Of a stretch of DNA of 64,000 nt, positions 10,376 to 17,361 are shown piece after piece. The position numbers were made by a program, and so were the translations under genes. Under the pieces are notes generated by a model. That model was not told where the DNA came from. It did no database searches and saw only the letters and a list, made by a program, of their open reading frames with translations. This stretch comes from Desulfosudaceae bacterium (lineage in GTDB: Bacteria; Desulfobacterota; Desulfobacteria; Desulfobacterales; Desulfosudaceae), in NCBI GenBank assembly GCA_963674745.2, contig CAXXDV010000001.1, positions 2,432,001-2,496,000 of the forward strand, written 5' to 3'. Within the stretch, counting starts at the first letter, position 1, and every line of letters starts with the position of its first letter.

Positions 10376-10460
10376 AAGGGGGCAAGGATTCGAGAGGCCG
10401 AGTGATTATTGATTTTAAAACATCCTTTGAACCCTCGCACCCTTGAACCCTTTGAACTTT
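10376..10460. repeat. inverted pair of degenerate 8-bp tandem arrays
   Basis: aagggggc-aaggattc-gagaggcc ... tgaaccct-cgcaccct-tgaaccct. Confidence 0.55.
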
Positions 10461-10536
10461 AGGGTGTATTTGAAGGTTTAAAAAAACATGAAAAAGGTGT
10501 GGTTTTGAACAATATAATAAAAAACAGAGGTGAACA

Positions 10537-11379
10537 ATGAACAATGCACAATTTACGGGCGCGTCCCGATATGTCCTGGACAGCGAGCTGGCCAATATTG
10601 TCAATGTATCCATGACGCTGGAGATGCCCCTGCTGCTGAAAGGCGAACCCGGTACCGGCAAGACCATGCTGGCCTATGCCATTGCAGAAAGCCTGGGCAT
10701 GCCGCTGATCGTGCTGAACGTCAAATCAAGCATGAAACTGGTTGAAGCGCTTTACCAGTACGACACCCTGACCCGGCTCAACGATGCCCGGTTCGGCGAT
10801 TCTTCCCGTGATGTCAGCAATATTGAAGACTATATACGTATGGGCAAGATAGGCCAGGCGTTTACGGCAGAGGAGCGCACCATTTTGTTGATCGATGAGA
10901 TCGACAAGGCGGACAGCGATTTCCAGGATGATATGCTGGATGTATTGGACCAAATGACCTTTGATATCGTGGAAGTTGATCGCACCGTTGCCGCTCGTCA
11001 TCGCCCGGTCATCATCATTACCTCCAATGCCAAAAAAGACCTGTCCGATCCTTTTCTGGGCCGGTGTAATTTTCATCATATCGCCTTTCCGGATCCCAAA
11101 ATGATGCGCAAAATTATCGGCGTCCATTTTCCGGAAATCAGTGACGAGCTGATGAGAAATGCCGTGGAAACGTTTTACCGGCTCCGCAAACTGGAGTCCA
11201 TTGAGAAAAAACCGGCTACCCGTGAACTGATCAACTGGATCCGGGCCTTGAAGGTCGACCCGGACTTCAAACCCAAGCAGTTGGCCAAGGGGAATATCCC
11301 TTTTCTGGGTATTCTGTTCAAAAAGAGCAGGGATTATGAACGGGCCGCTCAAGCCGTGGACCGGGTGCGATCATACTAG
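10537..11379 (+). CDS. MoxR-family AAA+ ATPase
   Basis: Walker A GEPGTGKT, Walker B LLIDEIDKAD, ITSN, KKPATRELINW. Confidence 0.92.
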   Translation: MNNAQFTGASRYVLDSELANIVNVSMTLEMPLLLKGEPGTGKTMLAYAIAESLGMPLIVLNVKSSMKLVEALYQYDTLTRLNDARFGDSSRDVSNIEDYIRMGKIGQAFTAEERTILLIDEIDKADSDFQDDMLDVLDQMTFDIVEVDRTVAARHRPVIIITSNAKKDLSDPFLGRCNFHHIAFPDPKMMRKIIGVHFPEISDELMRNAVETFYRLRKLESIEKKPATRELINWIRALKVDPDFKPKQLAKGNIPFLGILFKKSRDYERAAQAVDRVRSY

Positions 11380-11391
11380 GCAGGAACAGCC

Positions 11392-12582
11392 ATGTTTATT
11401 GATTTTTTCTACCGGCTAAAGGAAATCAATGTGCCGGTGACGCCAACGTCATTTATGACCCTTCATCGGGCTTTTGCCGCCGGTCTGGTCAATTCCCTGG
11501 ATGAATTTTACACCACCAGCCGGACCATTCTGGTCAAAAGCGAGCGGTATTTTGACCTGTTTGACCAGATGTTTGCCCACTTTTTTAAAGGTGCCGAGCT
11601 GCCTGAAGACGACGACTGGGAACTGGATGAGATCGTCCGAGGCCTTTTGGAAGAGTGGCTTAAAGATCCCAAAGAACTGGCCGATATGATGGGCATGAGC
11701 CCGGAGGAGCTGGCCAGAATGACACCGGATGAGGTGGTCGAATATTTCAAACAGCGGCTCAAAGATCAGACCGAGCGCCACGATGGCGGCAATCGCTGGA
11801 TTGGAACAGGCGGGACTTCGCCGGTCGGTCATTCCGGTCATTTTCCCGGCGGTATGCGCGTGGGCGGATCCTCCAGTGGCAAGTCCGCGGTCAAGGTCGC
11901 CATGGAACGCCGGTATAAGGATTATTCCCGCACCGGTCCCTTGACCCAGGCCCAGGTTGGGGAGGCCTTAAAGCGGCTGCGTAACATGATTCCCTCCGGC
12001 CCCATGGATCAGGTTAATGTGGACAAGAGCATTTATCAGACCGTTCGCAACGGCGGGGAAATCGAAATCGTGTTTGACCGTAGCTTAAAAGACCGCCTTA
12101 AGGTGATCCTGGCCATTGACAACGGCGGCTGGTCTATGGATCCGTATGTTGAGGTGGTGCAGACGCTGTTTGATTACGCCAAGGCCCAGTTCAAAGACGT
12201 AAAAACCTATTTTTTTCACAACACCATCTATGATAATTTGTGGAAGGATGCCACCCGCTACAAGGAACCCAGCAAAGTGGCCGACTTTGCCCGCCTTGAT
12301 CCGGAGACCCGCCTGGTTATTGTCGGTGATGCCAGCATGGCGCCCTATGAGCTCATGGCCCGGGACGGTTCCATTTATATGGATGTTAGAAGCCCGTTTT
12401 CCAGCATTGACCAGTTACAGTTTCTGGCCAATCTTTTCCCTCACCGGGCCTGGCTGAATCCCGTTCCCGGCCGCATGTGGAATTATACCCAGACCATCAA
12501 TATCATCCGCCAGGTGTTTCCCATGTTCGAGTTGTCGCTGGACGGGCTGGAAGAGGCGGTGACGCAATTAATGTCCAAGTAG
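11392..12582 (+). CDS. VWA-domain protein (CoxE-like partner of MoxR)
   Basis: HDGGNRWIGTGGTSP, MIDAS-like DNGGWSM, VGDASMAPYEL, WLNP. Confidence 0.85.
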   Translation: MFIDFFYRLKEINVPVTPTSFMTLHRAFAAGLVNSLDEFYTTSRTILVKSERYFDLFDQMFAHFFKGAELPEDDDWELDEIVRGLLEEWLKDPKELADMMGMSPEELARMTPDEVVEYFKQRLKDQTERHDGGNRWIGTGGTSPVGHSGHFPGGMRVGGSSSGKSAVKVAMERRYKDYSRTGPLTQAQVGEALKRLRNMIPSGPMDQVNVDKSIYQTVRNGGEIEIVFDRSLKDRLKVILAIDNGGWSMDPYVEVVQTLFDYAKAQFKDVKTYFFHNTIYDNLWKDATRYKEPSKVADFARLDPETRLVIVGDASMAPYELMARDGSIYMDVRSPFSSIDQLQFLANLFPHRAWLNPVPGRMWNYTQTINIIRQVFPMFELSLDGLEEAVTQLMSK

Positions 12583-12670
12583 CCTGCCGGCTCCTTCGAC
12601 ATATCAAATACGGCTGTTTCAGAATCGTGCTATCCGTCGATATCTTGTTCGACTATCCTTTATTGGGTGC

Positions 12671-12706
12671 CACGGGCGAACCCCGTCGAAGACGGGGTTG
12701 CCCGTG
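12671..12706 (+). terminator. strong GC-rich hairpin, probable terminator
   Basis: CACGGGC-g-AACCCCGTC-gaa-GACGGGGTT-GCCCGTG downstream of the moxR/VWA pair. Confidence 0.6.
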
Positions 12707-12722
12707 TTGGGTTTTCTTTATA

Positions 12723-12998
12723 AGGAATTAAGCTATTTTTTATCATACTTTTCTTTGGCGCAAAGAAAAGTACGCAAAAGAAACATCGCCCGGCAGCTTG
12801 GCCTTCGGCTTCCCTCGCTTGGTCGCTTTTTTCGGCGCGTGCAGGAACTCGCTGGGAATTCTCATTGAAGTGCTTTTCTCAGCACCTGACGACACGTCTC
12901 TTTGTCGTGTTGTACCACCATGCGACCGCTCAAACAGCCTGCCCGCTTCCCCCGAAAAAACCGCCCGCGCTCGGCTGCGCTGCAACGGGCCGGGGGCA
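12723..12998 (+). repeat. structured intergenic repeat element, copy A
   Basis: TACTTTTCTTTG-gcg-CAAAGAAAAGTA hairpin, CAAAAGAAACATCGCCCGGCAGCTTGGCCTTCGGCT, ...GCTGCGCTGCAACGGGCCGGG; direct repeat of copy B at a 368-bp offset. Confidence 0.9.
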
Positions 12999-13089
12999 TT
13001 TGCGTTTATCATTATTTTTGTGGCAGATTGTTATGTCGTTACGTAGTGTGGAAAAGCGACAGCGCATCCCCCAATTTGTGCTTTTTTAG

Positions 13090-13364
13090 AGGAATAATAT
13101 CTATTTTTTATCATACTTTTCTTTGACGCAAAGAAAAGTATGCAAAAGAAACATCGCCCGGCAGCTTGGCCTTCGGCTACCCTTGCACGGACGCTTTTTT
13201 CGGCGCGGACAGGAACTCGCTGGGGATTCCCATTGAAGCCGTTTTCTCGTATCTGCCTATTCTTCTCTTTGTTGTATGGCTCCAGCATGCGACCGCTCAA
13301 ACAGCCTGCCCGCTTGCCCCGAAAAACCGCCCGCGCTCGGCTGCGCTGCAACGGGCCGGGAGCA
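13090..13364 (+). repeat. structured intergenic repeat element, copy B
   Basis: Colinear with copy A; ends near-identical, centre diverged. Confidence 0.9.
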
Positions 13365-13529
13365 AGTCCGATTATTTTTCAGTCTACCGCCAGGTCACAA
13401 GATTGACTTCATCAACCGGGTGCGTTAGATTTTTTTAGCTTTCAAGTTGAGGGGGAAGATGAAAATAAGCGGAAAGTTTTTATATTATTCTGTTGGCGGT
13501 CCATAAGACGTAATCCTAGCGAGATAATT

Positions 13530-13937
13530 ATGACAAAAAAAGAGATGGCAGCTCGAATCAGGGAACTTGAAGCCGAAAACAGAAGGCTAAGGCTTGAGTT
13601 AAACAAGCTAAAAAGAAAGAAAGAGGGCTATTATACACTTGCAGATCAGTTTGATAGCTCAGTCAATCTAGGTGAATTTACTAAAACCCTTCCTTCGGTT
13701 ATACCGGAGCATAAAAAATGGAGCGCCAGCGATTATCCGGTTGATTGGGAGCCCGAACAAAAAGCGTATGATTATTTGGTGACATTCTGGGAAAATTATC
13801 CTGTTTCACAAAGTTATTTTTCTAACGTTCGAGGGGGGCAGTCATTTTATAAGTATCTAAAACGAAACGATTTATTTAAGTTAATACCTGATTCGTTTCA
13901 GCTGGAACTAAAAAAACGTTTAGGCAAAATCAAATAG
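13530..13937 (+). CDS. hypothetical protein with N-terminal coiled coil
   Basis: 135 aa AT-rich ORF; RIRELEAENRRLRLELNKLK heptads; no family recognised. Confidence 0.65.
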   Translation: MTKKEMAARIRELEAENRRLRLELNKLKRKKEGYYTLADQFDSSVNLGEFTKTLPSVIPEHKKWSASDYPVDWEPEQKAYDYLVTFWENYPVSQSYFSNVRGGQSFYKYLKRNDLFKLIPDSFQLELKKRLGKIK

Positions 13938-13950
13938 TTCATTTTTTCTC

Positions 13951-13980
13951 TTGACATTATGTACTTACTTAAGTACATAT
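13951..13980 (+). promoter_or_regulatory. -35 element with adjacent perfect palindromic operator
   Basis: TTGACA at 13951-13956 followed by TATGTACTTA-ct-TAAGTACATA (13958-13979). Confidence 0.6.
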
Positions 13981-14033
13981 ATCCCATGGCCTGTTTAAAA
14001 TGATTTTTAACTTTTTAGGGAAAGGAGATAAAA

Positions 14034-14276
14034 ATGAATGAAATTCAAAACAAAATATTGTTATTGATGAACGAGCGATCGAAAAAGGGTATAGAAAAAA
14101 TTGCACCGGTTGATTTGGGTAGAAAGCTCAAGATTCCACAGAGAAAAATTAGCGGTGAATACAATTCTTTAGTTGCTCAGCAAGAATTGGCCTACTGGAG
14201 TTCGGGAAGTTGTAATTATTTAATGCTGAAAAAGGACCATGATAAACAAATGCGACTTGATGAATCTGGTTGCTAA
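14034..14276 (+). CDS. dsrD: DsrD-family small winged-helix protein (divergent paralog)
   Basis: 80 aa; LVAQQELAYWSSGS matches the DsrD signature L(V)xxxxLxYWSSGS; strong SD AAGGAG. Confidence 0.7.
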   Translation: MNEIQNKILLLMNERSKKGIEKIAPVDLGRKLKIPQRKISGEYNSLVAQQELAYWSSGSCNYLMLKKDHDKQMRLDESGC

Positions 14277-14455
14277 ATTACAGTTGGCCGGGCAGGGGTA
14301 AGTGATTACGACAGCGTTTTTTACCAGCCCGCCCTGAATTCTTCGTTACCCCTGCCCGAGGGAAGCCGGAGGCCAAGCTGCCGGGCGATGTTTCTTTTGT
14401 TTACTTTTCTTTGCGTCAAAGAAAAGTAAAATAAAAAAAGATTAATTCCTCAAAA
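14277..14455 (-). repeat. structured repeat element, copy C (inverted, variant core)
   Basis: Reverse strand reads GAGGAATTAATC-T7-ATTTTACTTTTCTTTGACGCAAAGAAAAGTAAACAAAAGAAACATCGCCCGGCAGCTTGGCCTCCGGCTTCCCTCG, then a different 13-bp stem CGGGCAGGGGTAA/TTACCCCTGCCCG. Confidence 0.85.
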
Positions 14456-14477
14456 ATCAAGAAGGATGAATCGTTAC

Positions 14478-14675
14478 CTATTCATCCTTCTTGATTTTTT
14501 CGTGGGCCGGTACGCCGTACACCTTCTTGTACGACCGGCAGGCCGGACACAACGTTTCCTCCAATTTTACGAAATTATAAAGTACGCCTTCGCCTTTTTC
14601 CCGCGCCCGGGTACAGACCGGGCATGTATCTTTGCAAAAATGGGCCAACTTCTTTGTTGTATTGCTGTGCGCCAT
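14478..14675 (-). CDS. small Cys-motif protein (putative metal binding)
   Basis: 65 aa; CKDTCPVC ... CPAC; perfect SD AGGAGGT upstream. Confidence 0.7.
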   Translation of the reverse strand: MAHSNTTKKLAHFCKDTCPVCTRAREKGEGVLYNFVKLEETLCPACRSYKKVYGVPAHEKIKKDE

Positions 14676-14746
14676 TGGACACCTCCTGGATAAAACAGAT
14701 TATCTGGTTTTTAATGTATTTGATATTTCCGTAAAAATACTGTTTT

Positions 14747-15565
14747 TTAATCGTTGGTCCGAAACCCCCGCATTTTTTTGACATGCTGGCGGAACAGCCA
14801 CTGCACGATTCCCGGGCTGATTCGTTGTAACAGGTATAGAAATTTAGCCAGCAGGGTCACCACGATGACGGCTTTGTTTCGTTCCACGCCACGTATGATC
14901 TGCTCCGCACATCGTTCCGGCGGCATTCCCCTGGGAAGGGTTTTCAGAGCTTCGTCCCTGTCAAATCGGACGACCTTGCTTTTGGTATAAATGGGGGTTT
15001 CGATGATGCCCGGGCAGACCACGCTGGCTTTTACCCCCAGGGCTGCACCTTCGATTCTCAGTCCCATTGTCATGCCGACCACACCAAACTTGCTGGCCGT
15101 ATAGGATAATTCACCGGGAAAAGGTACCAGCCCGGCCAGGGAGGCGGTATTGACGATGTGCCCGAAGCCCTGCCGCGCCATGACGGGGTAGGCGGCACAG
15201 ACACCATGCACGACACCGTACAAATCGACATCGATTACTTTTTTCCAGTCGTCACAGGAAACGTCCCGGGCTTCGCCGCCGACGGCGATGCCGGCATTGT
15301 TGAACATGTAATCCAGCCGCCCATGTCCGGCAACGGTGTTGTCAACCAGTTCCCGGACGGCGTCTTCGTCGGTCACGTCCAGAGTTGTTCCCGTTGCCCG
15401 GCCATCGGTTTTGACGATTTGTTCGGCGACCTGGCTGACCTGTTGCCCGTTAATATCAGCCAGTACCAGTATGGCGCCTCTGGCTGCCAGTTTTTCCGCC
15501 AGGGCCCGACCGATACCGGAACCGGCACCGGTGATGATGGCGACTTTACCGTCAAACATATCCAT
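14747..15565 (-). CDS. short-chain dehydrogenase/reductase
   Basis: TGAGSGIG, NNAG, S...YTASK. Confidence 0.95.
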   Translation of the reverse strand: MDMFDGKVAIITGAGSGIGRALAEKLAARGAILVLADINGQQVSQVAEQIVKTDGRATGTTLDVTDEDAVRELVDNTVAGHGRLDYMFNNAGIAVGGEARDVSCDDWKKVIDVDLYGVVHGVCAAYPVMARQGFGHIVNTASLAGLVPFPGELSYTASKFGVVGMTMGLRIEGAALGVKASVVCPGIIETPIYTKSKVVRFDRDEALKTLPRGMPPERCAEQIIRGVERNKAVIVVTLLAKFLYLLQRISPGIVQWLFRQHVKKMRGFRTND

Positions 15566-15679
15566 GCTTCTTTCCCCGGGCTTGTTTTTGATTCATTAGA
15601 ACCTGAAATCCTTTACAGTTGAAAAGGCTTAAATGGCGCTCAAAAATTATATTTAAATATCATTGTACATGATTACCGT

Positions 15680-16219
15680 TTAAATGAACAGAGAATGCCG
15701 CTGTTTGTCGGCCAGGAGCAAACCGGTAATGGTTTTGGCATCCCGGATGTCACCATTGTCAATCATGGCCAGGGCATCGGCAAAAGAAATCTGTTTTACC
15801 TCCAGAACTTCATCCGGTTCCAGGTTCTGGACATCCGGTATCAGGTCATAAGCCAGAAAAAGGTGCAACCGCTCATCCGAATACCCGGGCGCCAGAAAAA
15901 TGTTGCCCATGGGGCAGAAGGTTTTGCCGCGGAAACCGGTCTCTTCGATCAGTTCCCTGCCGGCGCAATCCAGGGGCTTTTCTCCGGCATCAACCGTGCC
16001 GGCCGGAATCTCCCATATATAGCCGCCCAGGGCATGCCGGTACTGTCGAATCAGTATAATGGTAGCCTCGTCCAGAAAAGGGATAATGGCTACCGCGCCG
16101 GGGTGGCGAAGGACATGAAGGGTGGTGTCGACCCCGTTGTCAAGGGTGACGTTTTCGGTGTCGAGTCGAAATCGCCCGACATGAAATACCGTCTGGCTGC
16201 TGTTTATTTTTACGCTCAT
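15680..16219 (-). CDS. Nudix hydrolase (ADP-ribose pyrophosphatase-like)
   Basis: IRQYR, EIPAGTVDAGEKPLDCAGRELIEETG Nudix box, DAKTI; start moved to ATG 16219 on SD spacing. Confidence 0.9.
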   Translation of the reverse strand: MSVKINSSQTVFHVGRFRLDTENVTLDNGVDTTLHVLRHPGAVAIIPFLDEATIILIRQYRHALGGYIWEIPAGTVDAGEKPLDCAGRELIEETGFRGKTFCPMGNIFLAPGYSDERLHLFLAYDLIPDVQNLEPDEVLEVKQISFADALAMIDNGDIRDAKTITGLLLADKQRHSLFI

Positions 16220-16272
16220 CAACATTCCTGTTCGCTTATAGGTGTGATCCCGAGCCATGCCCGGCTATGACA

Positions 16273-16400
16273 TAAGCCCCTGATCACTTAATCACATAAA
16301 CACTTAAAACTCTAAGACTTTAAAACCTTAAAACCTTAAAACCTTAACACTTCGACCATTTAATCCCATAACCACCTAATCACCTGATCACTTAAAGCTA
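16273..16400. repeat. degenerate 8-bp tandem array (16 units)
   Basis: taagcccc tgatcact taatcaca taaacact taaaactc taagactt (taaaacct)x3 taacactt cgaccatt taatccca taaccacc taatcacc tgatcact taaagcta. Confidence 0.85.
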
Positions 16401-17354
16401 TCCCCACAAGGAACGGATAAAGCGCAGATCATTGACCCGTTCGATAAGGTCCTCGTCAGGTGCCGGATTCATATCGTCTGATGCGCTACAAATACTTTCA
16501 ATGGCGGTGTTGACGCAAGTCAGGTCGACCCATTGCGGCTGAACCGTCTGGCCGTTTCGGACCTGGCTGATGGCGGCCGTGGTGTATCCCGTCTGTTGTA
16601 CCGACAATGCTTTAATGGCCGCTTCATCTGTCGGGGGGCGCGGCATATGCCTGGCCAGGCGGTTGTTAAGGTAGATCATTAAGGCCAGCACCGCCTCCAG
16701 GATCAGGCAGCGCTCGACCAGGCCGTTGATCTTTAGCTCTTTGCGGATCATCGATGCTGACAGCGGCAGATGACAATGGCCGGGGATGGACTTGTTCTCC
16801 AGAACCAGCCGGCCATGGTTGGTTGTTCGCAGGGCCTTTAAGTCGAGTTTTTTTATCTTCCCGGGGGATATAACGCTCATGGGCAGCAGTAACAGTTGAG
16901 AAACTTTTTCATCACCCGGCTCCCGGGCGCTGACCAAAATAAAATCTGCCTGGTTACCGGCGGTGATGTATTTTTTAACACCGTTTAAGTGCAGTCCGTC
17001 GTTGTCAGTCGTCAGTATGACCGGTTTGTCATGGGGTTCGGAATGGGCCAGGGCGCCGCAGTCGGATTCTGTGATTGAGGCCAGCAATGACTTGAGTCCC
17101 GCTATGAGATCGGTCTGTTGATTGACCCGCTCCAGAATCGGCCGCACCAGGGCGGCCTGAACGATCCACAACAGGGCGCAGCCGAGATCGCCGCTTTCAC
17201 CGGCCAGGAGCACGCTGGGGCGTGTTTCCGGGAAGGCTTCCAGATCCGGCGGCAACACGGGTATGATCGTGCCGCGCCAGGCTTTTTTTTGCAGGTCCGG
17301 GTTGTCAGAACGTTTCAGATAAGTATCATGAATAATGGTCAACGCGGTTTTCAT
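16398..17354 (-). CDS. divergent acyl-CoA dehydrogenase-like protein
   Basis: GALAHSEP and LNGVKKYITAGNQADFILVSAR middle-domain motifs; flanking domains short and divergent. Confidence 0.6.
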   Translation of the reverse strand: MKTALTIIHDTYLKRSDNPDLQKKAWRGTIIPVLPPDLEAFPETRPSVLLAGESGDLGCALLWIVQAALVRPILERVNQQTDLIAGLKSLLASITESDCGALAHSEPHDKPVILTTDNDGLHLNGVKKYITAGNQADFILVSAREPGDEKVSQLLLLPMSVISPGKIKKLDLKALRTTNHGRLVLENKSIPGHCHLPLSASMIRKELKINGLVERCLILEAVLALMIYLNNRLARHMPRPPTDEAAIKALSVQQTGYTTAAISQVRNGQTVQPQWVDLTCVNTAIESICSASDDMNPAPDEDLIERVNDLRFIRSLWG

Positions 17355-17361
17355 TCTGTCC

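Noticed and set aside
12743..13438. Several short ORFs on both strands
   Set aside because: They lie inside the repeat copies, differ in frame between copies, and lack SD sequences or protein motifs
12723..14455. CRISPR array or integron cassette array
   Set aside because: Units are about 180-275 bp, only three, with one inverted; the centres of A and B are homologous rather than unique spacers; no cas or intI gene and no convincing RYYYAAC/GTTRRRY attC pair
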